Source: Microbotryum violaceum
Lineage: Eukaryota
Length of the DNA stretch: 64,000 nt
Assembly: GCA_001244265.2 (NCBI GenBank)
Contig: CDLV01000008.1
Coordinates: 1,798,001-1,862,000 of the forward strand
Direction of reading: 5' to 3'
How positions within the stretch are numbered: position 1 is the first letter of the stretch; every line of letters begins with the position of its first letter. The notes under the pieces are model-generated. The model saw nothing but the letters and a program-made list of their open reading frames with translations. It had not been told where the DNA came from and did no database searches. A program made the position numbers and the translations under genes. Below, piece after piece: positions 1-13,315 of this stretch.

Positions 1-68
1 GTCGACCTCTCGACCGTTCGTGCAGAACCGATACAAGAGATCGTACACTAGAGTAATCTCGGGATCTC

Positions 69-71
<3 letters not shown>

Positions 72-101
<30 letters not shown>
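72..101. repeat. (CT)n microsatellite
   Basis: About 15 CT units read directly. Confidence 0.95.
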
Positions 102-104
<3 letters not shown>

Positions 105-663
105 GATTGGGATCTGGATAGACAGGGCACCGTCCTCGGAAAAGGGAGATGGAATGAAGGGGAGAGCGGGGCGATGACTCTACACGGAAAGATGATGAGC
201 AACTTTTTTCGCAAAGACCGAACTGAAAGGCGTTCTTTGTATAATAATGACAAAATGTTTCTACCAAGAATTTCGCGGATGAAGGGTGAAATTGATAACC
301 ATGACGGGGGAATTCATTAACGAATCGAGGAGAGAAAAGACGGCTCAAATCGAGAGGGTTTGCAAGTCATCTCGCAGCAACCTAACAGCACGGCATCTCA
401 CCATCATTTGACAGATAACAACTTTCTTATACAGCACTAGAACGACCCAGATAAACAAAGCACCCAACCCGAGCAAAACTATGTACACAAAAGCTGAACG
501 ACGATTCACCAGCGAAACGAAGCATAAATATGTACAGGCATGCTTCAAGTCGTTGCAAACTATTCAGAATATGTGGAGAGTCACACTTCGTTTTAGCCTC
601 TGTCGTGAGCACAGGTGGACTCAAAGTTGGAATTTGCCACCCACCGATGAGAGAAATAATCGT

Positions 664-2192
664 TCAGCAAGAGGGACCCGACGCCCCCGCCGAGGGATGA
701 AGCGAAGCTAAAGTAGGATCGTACGTCAAATCGCTCGCTCCCGCGGGATGAACAGCACTCGGAGGCAAGCCGCTCACTTGAACGACCGGGTGAGTGCTGA
801 TCGTCGTCGAGTGGCCACGGCCCGCAGTCACAGCTGGAGCAAGGCCGCCGCTGGCACTTTGAAGGACGAGAACGTCATCATTCGCTTCAAAAGGCGCAGC
901 GTAGACAGTTTCGGGGCGCTGGCTCTGGAGGTTCATCATCGAAGCTGGATCATTCGAGTGGGGATTGAAGAGGTCTTGTCCGGTGCTCGATGAGCTCGAG
1001 GTAGGGTGCTTTTGAAAGCCCGAGGCGTCTCCTTGTCCATGCATCGTCGCCGCCGTTGCCGAGCGAGTCGAGCTGATCGCACTCTGTGCGGGTCAGAAAG
1101 TCAACCCCATTAGTCATGCAATGACCATAAACTAGAATAAAATGACTCACATCATCAACGGCATCCTGGGTTGAGGTAACGGCGTCGCGAGCCCGTTGAG
1201 CAGCCGACGACGTCGCATCGACCTTCTTGTCCTTGGCATCGCGAGCAGTCTCACCCGACTCGGTCGCCGTCGCGCTAGCCCCTTGCAGCGTAGAGGAGGT
1301 CGTGGTGTTGTCTTCCCTTTCGGGACGTTGTTGTTGAGATTGTGGCGGTGGGTTGGAATTTCCGGAGCGACCACCGGGAAGGTAGGATTGGATCGACTCG
1401 GGGAGATAGGAGTACGCTGTGCTCGTCACGGACGAAACGAGACCAGCACCACCACCACTCTTAGGCTTGTCATCGACCTGGGACTTCGAGGTAGTTGACC
1501 GGTCACCAGTCGATTCGAGTCCCTGTGAGGCACTTCCCACGATGCTCTGCTCGGTCTGCTTGGACTTGTCGAGACCGTGCTGCATCGTCTCTTGGGTGCG
1601 AGTCGCCGCATCGGAAACCATGCTAGACCCCGACTGTGCGACATTGCTCATCGCCTCACGTGAAGATTGACCAATCTCTCGGGCTTTTTGGGTAGCACCG
1701 GACGCGATCGAGCTTGCCATCTCTTGAGCCTGGCTCGCCGTCTGGGTGAGGATGGGACCGAGTTTTTCGGCAGCGACGAGAGGAGCAGTGGCCGCCACTG
1801 CAACAAATATAGAACCATCCGACAGATTGAGCAACGAGAAGATGAACCACGGCACTATATCACAGTAAAAAATGGGACTTACTTCCCGCGAAACCCGTGA
1901 CGACATTGGTGAGGCTCGCTTCGGTCTCGTTGAGCTGCTCGGCCGGCTTAGGCGCGACGAGCGCCTCACCCACGCGGCCGACCTTCTCCGATACTTGATC
2001 CTTAATCTCGGTCATGCGTTGAGTTGAGGACAAGCCTTGAGGTTGCGATTGATCGAGTGAGTGAGCTTGATGAGGCTTGAACACAGGTTCGATCGTAGTG
2101 GTCGTCGTGGTGCCCAGCTTGGCTTGCTCAATCACGGCTTCGTGGTGGGCTTGGAAGGCCTTGGCCTGAAGATCATCTTGGGAGAGGGACAT
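664..2192 (-). CDS. Hydrophilic Ser/Thr/Gln-rich LEA/hydrophilin-like protein, 3 exons
   Basis: ATG at 2192 (MSLSQDDLQAKAF). GT-AG introns at about 1882-1798 and 1150-1084 join ORFs 1860..2231, 950..1969 and 664..1044 in frame. LEA-like helical stretches include TASQAQEMASSIASGATQKAREIGQ. Confidence 0.6.
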
Positions 2193-3122
2193 CGTTGAAG
2201 ATAGTCGAGAATATGCAAGTAGGTGAACCAAGTAGTGAGGGATGAGGCGAGGGGAGCTTGCTGTGGGAATTGATGGAGCACACTACCACGACGAAGTGTG
2301 AGAAGGAAGGAGCAGAGAGGCGACCGTCCCCAGTCGACTGAAGCGAAGCGAGCGAGTGACAGGCTCGTCATGGTGACGTAGTTGGCTCCCCGCCCCAGCG
2401 TCGCCAAAGCAACTGTTGCGGCTCTTGACGGAGCCTTCTTGTGCTTCTTTTTTGGTCTTGAAAGCAGTGTCTGAATATCGACTAGGATATGACTTCCAAA
2501 ACCTGGTCATCGCAATGGGAACGATGTTAAAACAGCTGAGCGAACAGCTTCAACGGAGGGAGCCAGAAGAGCTTGAATAGGGGACCCCCACCGCCGACAT
2601 CGTGTGATAAATCTAGGATAGTTTCAAAAAACCATCGAAAGCGCACAATTACGAGATCGAAGATGTTTGCCTCGTGTTGAATAATTTTTAAAAATTGCAA
2701 CCAACACAGCTGGTGAGGCGAGCGAGATCGGAGTGTGACTCCTCGAGTTGTTTCCTGTCACGGCTCGCTTCGGCAGGGCGAGTTTGCCGTCAGCCGTCTG
2801 AACTTTTGCTCCCTGCTCGATTTCTCGATCACCCCGGGCACGCGTCTCGGTTCGGAAACGGAGTTCTTGCTCAACCTCAGCCACCAAAGACAGCTCCTGT
2901 GGCCTTGACTGAGCGTGGCAGCCTCAGCGAGGCTTGTTGCAACGGGTCGAGATAATTGTGAGGCCGACGCTCGCTCCTCTTCAAGCTTCCCTCTCACCTT
3001 CCCGAGCTGGCTGGCCCTCAGCCTCCCTCTTGTTTGTCCAAGACGACATACCCTTCTAGCTAAATAGAAGGCTAATTCAAACTAAATTGTCACCCACGAG
3101 CAAAAGCCAACCGGTCCCGAGC

Positions 3123-5090
3123 ATGCCCTGGCGTAAGCTGCTCATCGCTGCCATCCGGAGTGGCCCGACCTCAACTTCGAACGAGGACGAGCAGCAGGGC
3201 TCGGAGATCGGATGTTCACACCCACCCGCTTCCAGGGCAAGTTCCCTGCCACCCTTCTCCTTCAGATCGAGCGGGTCGAGCTCGCGAAGAGGCCAGTCGG
3301 TCGACCAACTCTCGATACGGTGCAAGGGCCCAAGCCACAAGGAAGCAGCCGCAGGGGACGAGTTTGATCAAGCCTACAGCAGCGTGAGCCCGAGTTGCTT
3401 GTGACGATCGGAACTGACCTGGTAATGCTTAGCAATTCGATTCGACTCAAAAACATTTTCATCATCACACAGGGGAGATACGATCTGAATGTTTCACCTC
3501 CTCGACCACTAGGTCCTTCGTCGTCAGCTAGGCGCACCGAGTCGGCGGGCTACACGCCCCTTAGTTCGCCAGACCGAGCAATAGAGCAAGTCGCGCTGGA
3601 CCAACTCGACATCACCGGTCACAATCGACCTTTGTCTTCTTTCAGTATTGGTTTTGATACTTACCCCGCATCATCGTCAAGCCACTGGTCTTCCACGTGC
3701 GACACCAGTCCCGAAAGTTCGCCGTTGCTTCGATTCGGCGCCGACGGCTTTCACTGCACGAGCCTCCAGTCGAGCCCCGCCACAACGATCGATATTCCCT
3801 TTCCAGGGTCTCCATCCCCTGTCAAACGTCATAGCACAGATTCACCCAAGATAGCTGCACCCGACGGCTTCTTCTCTGTCGTCGGCTCGCTAATCGACCA
3901 CCCACTCTGTCGTTCCATCGTCAAGAACTGCCGCGAGCAGTTTCATACTTCGAACGCCATACTCGCCGTCGCCGATCATGATCGCCTCGTCTACCTCGCT
4001 ACTAGCAACGTCAAAGACGGTGAAGTTCTCTCCGAATCAGCGCTACCCTTTCATGCTACTATCTGTGCGCACACTGCCTTGAACAAAACCCGAGGGTTGG
4101 TCGTCCACGACACGGCGAGCGATTGGAGGTTAGTGCTGCGGCCGCAAAGGTCTCGCAACATTGATCTCCCATCGAAGCCTTCCAACAAAATGTCCTCTCT
4201 TTAACCCTCCTCCTTTGTTCTAGATTCAAGGACAGTCTGCCAGCTACCCAACTCGGCATACGCTTCTACGCCGCCATTCCCCTCACCGTTCCGAGTCAGC
4301 TGGTTGACCCGTCATCTCGACGAGTGGTGATTGGATCGCTTTGCATCGTCCACCATGAGCCTCGACCTCATTTCGCTCACCAAGATCTCGAGATTCTGTG
4401 AGTCGATCCAGAAGTTCTTTCGGTCTTGATGCAACTTGGTTACCTGCCGATGGCCCTCGAACAACTCGCAGACGTGGCCACGCCGACTCCGCTTCTCGAG
4501 AGATCGAAGACTGGGCACGGCAGCGCCTTGAACACAGGTCCTTGCAACTTGATCGCTGCTTCGACCACTTCATGCACCAACTCAACCCTCTAGCCACTTC
4601 CGGCATCGAGGAAGCGGAGACGGTGATCCATGACCTCGTCGTTCACACGATCAAGTCCTCACTCCAATTCGAGCTCGTCTACCTCCTCTCGCTCGAACGA
4701 ATGCGCGAATGGCCCGATCTACCGGTGAAGCAGGCCGTACTCGCTGCACAGCCATCCGGCTCTGCGCCTTGCAAGCTGATCAGTCGCCAGACCCACATCG
4801 ACGCCCTGCGAGGTGACGAGAATGGGCTACAGTACGATGGCGAAGATGACGATCTCTCTGATTCGCCGCCTTCTTCCGAGGAGTCATCACCCAAGCGCAT
4901 CCAGATCGCAAGGGGTTTGCTGTTGCCCGTCGTGGCGAAAAGCGAGGAGACGGGCATCGTTCTGGGCGCTTTCTCGTGGGATCAGCGAATGAGGTTGATG
5001 ACGGAAGATGTCCTCTTTGTCAAGCGGGTCGTTCGAGCGGCGGCCACGTGCTTGGAGGGAGAGAAAGATCCCGCTGTTGCACCCGACTGA
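3123..5090 (+). CDS. GAF-domain protein without a recognisable kinase output, about 4 exons
   Basis: Introns at 3384-3472, about 4129-4222 and about 4399-4470. The spliced product has GAF hallmarks: TICAHTAL..LVVHDTASDWRF..IRFYAAIPL..IGSLCIV. Confidence 0.65.
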
Positions 5091-5490
5091 ATGACTGGCA
5101 CGTGACGCATCACTTGCCCGAGGGGGGCAGTACGATAGGACCAATGAACGAGCTTGCGCTTGCTGATGGCTAGAATCTATATACCTAATTTCAAGATCTA
5201 ATCCAGACGATACCTTTTATATAGCATGAAATACGCGTTGCCCAGCTGACAAAAAGGTTGACGCGATTCGGATACCAGATGGAGAGAAACAAGTCGAACA
5301 CTACAAGTATACAAGTCCCTTTTCTTTTTGTGGTTATCTTTATTTTGACTATACAAAATCAAACACACGAATCACTAGATAAATAGAGATGAAAATACTT
5401 TGAGATCAAGGAACAAACGCACACAAACCCACCTCTATCTTCACACTCCCCACCCGATACCTCCCCGCTCTCCTTTCCCGCCTTTCCTCT

Positions 5491-8400
5491 TCAAACCTCG
5501 ACCTTGATAAATGGCTTCGTAGCTTCCTCCTCGTCCTCCTCCTTTCCCGCAAACAGCGAGTAGTACAGACATCGTTCCTTGTAGCCGACGTAGTCGAGCT
5601 CATCCAAGATTTTGTAGTTGAGGTTCTGCGCAGCCGCGCCGATCAGATCTCGATGGCAATCCATGTCGCTGGCGGGACACTTGATCACGGCTTCGACTTG
5701 GATCGAGAGGCGGCGAAGGAACGTTTCGTAGCGGTGGAAACGTAGAGCGAGCGATGAATGGTCAGGATAGAAGTCGAAGACGGTGGTGAGCTCCTTGGTG
5801 AATGGCTTGACGTGGTGGTACGATCGTCGATGGCACTCAAACTCGTGGAGGAGTCGAGCGAGTTCCGGGACAGGGGGTGGGGTTTCGGAAATGACAGAAT
5901 ACGTATCGTCGTCCTTCATGTCCATGGCTTGCAAGTCGATGATGCTGGCTTCGCGCTTGCGCTTGAGAGAATCTTCTTGTTCTTCGACTTTGACGTGCCA
6001 TAGCTTGGCCTCGAGGTCCGGTGGGCTCGGTGCTTGAGATCGAAGATCTTGGTGATCCATGACGGCCCCTTGAATGTGGGTCATCCCAATGGAAATCTGC
6101 AAAGGCGCCAGCTCGCTTGCCTTCCTCGCTTGCATTTTGGCGCGCAGAATAGGGTTGTAGAATTCGAACTCGTTCGTGCGCTTCTTTTTGGCGCACTTCA
6201 GCATGCGATCATTGCATTCGGCGACGGCTTTGCTTCGCTTGCGCCTGGGAGGGGTAGCGATTGACTGCGGCGGTTCCTCTTTATCAGCTCGGTTGATCGG
6301 CTTTGGGAGGACGCAAGTCTTGGCAAGGGAACCTACTCGAGTCTTTTTGGATTGGATGGCTCGGGTTTATTTGGTAGGCTGTTGCTGTCGAATAGCCCGA
6401 GATTTCTTGTTGGCTTGAGAGCGTTCGAGTGGGGTGGGTGACTCGGGTGATTGCGCCGGCGGCGAAAGAATGGTTCGCTGAGAGTCACGTGATAGGGCCG
6501 AATTAGATACCGTAGGTGCAAAATTCGAACGGTCGATGGCCGAAGTGGAGCCCACTTGTTTGACAGCCCTGTTCGAGAGCTTGTGCTTCTCCATCAGGGT
6601 TTGTGACTCTAGGCGTTTGATCGTGCCCGCGTGCTCCTTGGCTTCGACAGCTTCGCGCCGCTTGCGACGGAGCTCTCCGATCGCGGAAAATTGGCGAGTT
6701 TAAAGCGTTGACGAGTCTGAGGGAGAGAGAGATGGAATTGTTGGTTGCGAGATGTTGAGAAAGTGTTGATGGGTGGTTGAGGGTTGCTTACTTCTCGACG
6801 TTGGTGAAGTCGAACCAAGCTCCTCTTCGGTCGCTTGCGAAGAATGGGAGCTTGACCAAACCCCCCCGCGCCTGATCGCAGCTCGACTGAGAGGTGACAT
6901 TCTGACTAGACATCATGGCACCGCCGATCTTCCTTTCCGCTTCTTCTTGGGAAGAAGGAGTTTGTCAAAAGGAGGAAGGAGGGAAAGTTGTACCAACAAT
7001 GCTGTTGTGCTGCACTTGACCAATCGGCCTTATCACGCTCAGGAGATGGTTGTCTCCAGAGTCGAAGAACAGCGGGTGGGCCGGGTATGTCTCAAGGTGC
7101 GGCGCGATGCGGCGGTCGCCAACCGCAAATTGTGGGACTCTGCTACTACAGCGACCAGATGCAATCAACTCCTGTCTGACCCTAGAGATGTAGTAACGCA
7201 GGTTAAACACTGGGTACAGCTATCAAGTGAAAGTGTCTGATAAGTACCTAGATTTGAGCTGGGTACACTAGGACAATGACACTTTACGGCCTTCACAGAT
7301 TGGCTTTTCGGCTTCGGCGAGGACCCCGCTTCGACTCGGGAGCAACGATTTGACCTTTGGCATTAGACTTTGCAGCAGTTTTGGCAATGTAAAGCACTTT
7401 GGGGGGTTTGAGCAGGTTTGACCGACTGAGGCTTGAACAGTTCCGTGAGGTGCCGTGTACACCACAACAACTTGCCTCACCAGACCGTCCAACCCACTTG
7501 CGGTGAGGCTTGTGAGAGGAGGCTTGATACGCAAGCTGCAGTAAACTGAGCAAGATCCAAACGACTCGCACGGGGTCGAGGACGAGTGAATGGGGAGAGG
7601 GAAAGAGCTGCCAGAGAGGGCAAGCCGCCATTGACTCGTTCTTTGAGCTCCCGTCGTGACCTGAAGCTACTCTTTGAGCGCTCGTAAGACAAAGGAACCG
7701 TCAAGGAACGGGGGCCTGATCTAAGCTAATTGCGGTGCCGCTGGCCATTGCCAAAAGGTGAGCAACGGGCGCGCCAATCGACAAGTGCGGTGTGAAACAC
7801 TGTGTCATTATATGGTTGCATCGTCCTTCAGTCTACGTATAGTACCTGTTATGGTATTTCATCTTGAGCCTCTAGCGACTTCATGAAGCCCTTCAGCACC
7901 TCATTTGTCTTACCCTTTTTTAGTCACTATTAGCTCTTTATTATCTCCGCTTATCATCCCTTCCTAGTCCTTCTGGAGTTTGTCCCTTAGCCTTTGGCCA
8001 CTCTGTTCTCGTCCCGTTCCATTGGACTGAGTCGTGGTCTTCATCAGTTACCACATGAGAACATTTTGACAATACACTGCACTCCCCTCTGCTAGACCAA
8101 ACTGCTTTCCCTCGTAACACCCCCTGTTGCTCGCTCAGAACCTCAGAATTTTGGCTTTCCCGCCCGCCTCCCATGGCCGTGAGACGCCGTATCGTGGAAG
8201 AATTCGCGTCCAAGCCCAAATCAAAACCGTTCCGATATACTCACCGTCAAACTTCATGTGTAGTCGGAGATCGCTCGACGTATTACTTGGCCGACAAAAG
8301 GCCCTCGACGAGCGACTTGAATAGCGCCTAGAAGGCGGTGCTGCAATGGGGCGCTGTCGGCGGGTCCTCAGTGTGTAAATGCGGACGCCGGCGGAGGGCG

Positions 8401-9141
8401 AATGTGGCTATTGTTGGTTATTGTAACCGTGACACTTGTCACGTCAAGACGTAGCAGCAATCGGGCGACAAGATGTATGGATTCAGTGGAAATTTCAGAG
8501 AAACTCGCTTAGCTTACGATGGCGCCACCAACATTGAAAACATTCCTGTGTAGAATTTCGCCTCTGGCGCTCTGGCACTTACCCGAGCTGACGCCCTGTC
8601 CATCGAGCTGAAAATTGTATGTCCCGGACAATGACAGATCGTTCTCGCATTGAGTCATCACAAAAGTGTCGCTAAAAGGAAGCCTAATGGTCTTAACCAC
8701 GTTTTGCTACCGTGAATGTGTCATGTGGCAAGCTAAAGTCTGGCATATTGATGTCATTCGCGTGGGCGGCGGTTCAAGAAACGATCTCCCGAGTCCTTGC
8801 GCCAGAGCCTGGCGCCCATCCGGCAATGTGGTACTGGCTGGTGTTCTAAATCTTCGTCAAATTGACCACATAAAATCATGTTCATTATCAGCTTTCAGAC
8901 TCGAAACCTTAGAAAGAACGCCTCTGGTAGCCAGGCACTAAATAGGTTTGGACGAACACCTCGGCGACTGGAGCTCATAGTCGGCAATCCCAAAAAACAG
9001 ATCGTCATTTTCAACGGCGGGACTACAGTCATTTGGGTGGACGACAAGCTCAAACAGAAACCTGCCATGATAGCCTTGAGCTGGACGGCAACAACATCTG
9101 ACTTGCTTGATATGTCGTAAAGGAAACGTTTGCCGAAGCAC
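5491..9141 (-). pseudogene. Long decayed ORF of unknown family; the 3' part (5491-6204) is still open
   Basis: Three pairs of ORFs each share a frame and are separated by in-frame stops: 8938..9141 with 8509..8700, 7268..7534 with 6965..7210, and 6367..6594 with 5491..6204 (single TAA). Confidence 0.45.
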
Positions 9142-9657
9142 GGCCCTGAATTCAGCGCTCCAGTATCGGCGTCCGTATGCGATCGGCCGGCAGCTGCCCG
9201 GAGCCTGGCAGAACTTGGAAATGGCAAAGACAATGGCGATCGCGCGGGCGGTTATTCGCGACAGCTGAGCAAGGCGTGAAATGACTGGATTTCGCCCCCA
9301 GTAAGAAGCTTAGATTAGTACGTTGGGGAAAGTCAAACTGATGGAAAGTTGTGGCTGTGGAACGTTGCGGAGTCTTTCTCTCACGCAAAGACGCCGAGAT
9401 GCCGGATGCGCGAATTCAGGATGTTGAGGGCGGGCCGAGCCTGCACCGGGCTTGCGGAGCCAGTCAAATCTCCCTCGGATGTCCCAAGATGAAAGGTTCA
9501 AGCGCAGGCCGAATCGTCAGGCGGTTGAACTCTGCATTAAATGGCAAGTCTCGTTACATTCATGAAAAAAAGTGCGAGGTGCAGAATGACAGCAAACAAA
9601 TGCCAGTACAAACGAAAGAGCGGTATAGCGAGGATCAAAACGAATCAAAGGAGTGCT

Positions 9658-11285
9658 TTAGGGGATTGCGCGACGCTCTCCGGCGGCTGGCGACGACTGG
9701 CCGATTTTGGTGGGAGGCGCATCATGATGGGTCGAGCCGAGATGGAGCTTCTCCTGGAGCGATTCAAGGGGTCCATCGGTCGTGCGCTTGCACGACTCAT
9801 CCTGGGTGTGGAGCACACCGGCGTTCTCATGCGTAAGCTTGGACTTGACGTCACCGCCGCCGGCGACAAAGTCGGAGAGCTTCATGGGCTGGTGCTCGAC
9901 CGACTGGTGAACGATCGGTGCCTCGTGGGTCTCGTGGTGAATGGGGACCTATTAAGAAGCGCCAGAAGCGAAAGGGTCAGAATATTTGCATTAATAAGTG
10001 TGATGTCTGAGCGTGGACATACCTTGGTGTGAATGACCTGATCAACGTGAGTGGCGGATGAGAAGGGATAACAGGGGCGCACTTTAGTGCAGATCAACCA
10101 TAAACGCAAAAATCTTGGCTACTTACATGGTGCTCATGGGTATCACGCTCAATGACGGGTTGAATGACGTGGTGAACGTGGTGGTGGGTGTTCTCGCTCA
10201 CTGCAAGAGAAGGTCAACTGGGTCAACAGGGGACACCTACCGTTCGACGATCAACGGGATTCGGCCGATGATGACTCACCCTTTTCACCCTTGTCGACGA
10301 CGAGGCGGTCGGCGGCAGCCTCCTTGTAGTGGTCCTGGTGTTTGTTGAGAGCAGCGAACTGGGTCGTGTCGGCGTCCGTGTTGACGTGCTTCTCCTGAAC
10401 CTTGGTCGTCGGGACGATGTTTTCGTGGTGGCGCTCAGACTCGTGCTTGGAATCAACGACGGGTTGAACGTGGTGTTGGACGTGGTGGAGATGTCGGTCG
10501 ACATGTCGCTCACGCTCAACTTCCTCAACTTCGTGCTTCTGATGGGTGTGGTCTGCGAGAAAGGTGGGATAGGCAACGAGGCCAAGCATGACGTGAGCGA
10601 TTCGATCCCAACCCCGGATCCTCAGCCCGATGTGATGACGAGGACGAGACACCCGGACCGCCAAGTCTGAACGGCCTTATGTAGGGCAGAAGACTCGAGC
10701 GACTAAAATCAACTTACGAGTCACGGCAGCGAGGTGCTTGTGGTCATGGTTGGCGGCATGGGCATCTTGCTCGGCAAGATGGGTGTCGCGCTGGGGGAGG
10801 ACATGGCCTGACGAAGGAGCCGGCGCGACCTCCTCGACGTGCTGGCCCGGAATGGACGAGGACGAACGAGTGGTAGCCGAACCGGTGTGGGTCGAACCAG
10901 TGTGGGTCGAACCGGTGTTGTGGGTTGAACCGGGGTGGGTTGAACCAGTGTGGGTCGAACCGTTGTGGGTTGAACCGTTGTGGGTTGAACTGTTGTGGGT
11001 TGAACCGGGGAGGGTCGAACCGGTGTTGTGGGTTGAACCGGGGTGGGTTGAACCAGTGTGGGTCGAACCGTTGTGGGTCGAACCGTTGTGGGTTGAACCG
11101 TTGTGGGTTGAACCGTTGTGGGTTGAACCGGGGAGGGTCGAACCGGGGAGGGTCGAACCGGTGTTGGTCGAACCAGTAACCGTCGAACCGGAGGTGGTCG
11201 AACCAGTGACAGCCGAACCAGAGGTGGCCGAGTTGTTGTGGGTCGAGTGCTTGTCGGAGCTAAAAATTTCCTTGACCTTGTTCAT
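9658..11285 (-). CDS. His-rich hydrophilin-like protein (family often annotated 'allergen') with N-terminal GSTH repeats, 5 exons
   Basis: Exons 11285-10718, 10552-10280, 10200-10127, 10037-10023 and 9948-9658, all GT-AG. Motifs KHEVEEVERERHVDRHLHHVQHHVQPV and HHHVHHVIQPVIERDTHEHH. Confidence 0.75.
10878..11220. repeat. Coding 15-bp tandem repeat (GTGGGTYGAACCRKT) encoding GSTH[N/T/P]
   Basis: More than 20 units visible, with a higher-order duplication of a block of units. Confidence 0.9.
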
Positions 11286-12491
11286 TGTGGAGATGGAGGC
11301 GTGTAGGATGAGAGCTGTGGTGGAGTAATCGAATTGGGGTTTTGACGAGTCTTGAAATCTTTCAAGGTGGGTGGAGTGTGGAAGGAAAAGAGAGAGGTCG
11401 GGGGGAACAAGGTGACCAGCGTAGCAGCGAGAAAACTCAGCGCCTATTTTGGCGACCGAACGATGACGATGGACTTTATTACTGGGGCCACTTGTCCCGA
11501 TCATAAACACACAAGGGAGCACGTGTCTTCTTCTTCAATCATGAGCTAGGTGCAACGAAGGTTCGACTACACAGAAAAATTACCCTCGGTCACGCAGGAT
11601 CCACGAGATTGACGTCAGTTGGGCCTCGTCTTGCGGTCGGTGACGAAATGATTTCGCTGCGCGCGCGACCCAGGTGACCTCGGGCGCTCGGGCGACTGAC
11701 GCGCTGCAGCGCTCCTCCGAGCAATCGCCGATGAATTCATCATGATCATCGTCAATCCGGCTGCGCAGCGCCACCAGATTGAAAAACGGGCTGCGCCGTC
11801 AACACAGCGTGGTATGCAACTTGAACCTTCCTGACGATGAAGTCATGTTTCTCGCAAGACTCGAAGCCTAAGTCGATCGTCAAATCCCGTTGACCGAGCG
11901 AAGTTTCGCCCAGCCCGGGAATGTTCGTCATCTTGAGCCTTGGTCAACCACCGCCGCTCGCTTAATTCTCTGATAGGCCCTGAATGAGCTTGGTTCCACA
12001 ATTAAGAGCAGTCATCTTGCTCTTTTTCTACAGGCAACGCTTTAGCCTGAGATTAAAGAAAAGAGAAACAGATGTTTTAGTTTGACGGATGAGAACCATC
12101 CTCTTGGCTCCAATTCGAAAGGATTTGCCGAGTCCGTCATCTGATGAGGGGCGCGCCCGGGCGCTCGGCTTGGCAATTCTAGCGAGGAATCATTCAGGAC
12201 CCGAATAGGGAACTTTGTAGCTCTAGTCAAAATCCGTATTTCTTCGCGATCATCATCAAGTCGAACGCGCCGACACTGCCAAGGAGAGCGCCAACGGCAG
12301 CGACCGACCTCACAATTGACGGCTGTCTACACTACGCGGGTGTTCCGAGCGATCTTGGTACATGATGGTAATAATCGTACAACAGTGCTAGAACCAAGAG
12401 CCAGAGCTCCTTCTCTCCGAACTATCCACCGCTTTCTCACAAAGCCCCTTTCGCGACCGTCCCAAAGATCGCGACCAATACAAGCCCATTC

Positions 12492-12865
12492 CTACCGCTT
12501 CTCTGTCCCTGTCTGAGTCGCCTGTAGTTTCCGCACCTCTTCATCTAATTCCTTCCACCCTTGTTCATCGACATCCCCGGCTCCAGCGGCCGCTCTCCAC
12601 TGCTTGATCTCGCCCATCTTCCATCGCAATAAGGAAGGCAACGAGTGATCACTCGGTCGCTCAAGTCGACTTTCGTAGACGTAGTAGGCCCAAATGCCGG
12701 AGAAGATGCCCAGGAGTGGGTCCATGGTTCTATTGAGGTGAGAATGAACGTGGTTAGGTAGTGAGGTGGGACAAGCTGGGGAGGGTCCATGCGAGGGTGA
12801 GAGCGGAGAGAAGAGTCGAGTAGTACTGACTTGGAGACGAGGTAGATGCGTTTAGGCAACGACAT
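12492..12865 (-). CDS. NCE101: Non-classical export protein 1 (NCE101 family), 2 exons
   Basis: Intron 12830-12730. The spliced product MSLPKRIYLVSKTMDPLLGIFSGIWAYYVYESRLERPSDHSLPSLLRWK matches the Nce101 pattern (YLxSKxxDPLLxIxxGxxAYYxYExxxxRPxxHxLxxL). Confidence 0.85.
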
Positions 12866-13315
12866 GATTCGGTCTGATCTAGTTCCTGGACAATGATTGA
12901 GGAGGGTCGCGGATTGATGTTGGACTTGGCTAATGCTGGGCACCAGAAGCTCAACGAGTCGTTCGGCGCGAAGCTGAGCCGCTGTCAAGTGGGATAAAAC
13001 GACTTGGTGGTAAATGTCGGCCAGCCCGCAAGTCCGACGCAAGGATGCATTCATCACGTCGCGAATGAGTAAATCAAGATTCGAAATACAAAATCGACAA
13101 CATATTTGTATCGGAGAAAACCTGGACGCGAGAATTGCCCAAGAACGAGCTGTCCCAAAAGGACCAAGCAGACAAGCGGATGCGGTATAAATCAAGACAG
13201 TGCGAAGAAAAACGAAGTGATAAAGACAAGAATGGTAGAAATATGTGATAATCCCAATTGGTCCAGCAAGGTGAACAGTTGCCGACCCCGACTTCAAGTG
13301 GTGCCGGATGAGGGC

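Noticed and set aside
10738..11328. Plus-strand WVEP-repeat ORF and CGLNR-repeat ORF
   Set aside because: Antisense shadows of the GSTH repeat; the minus-strand gene has coherent splicing.
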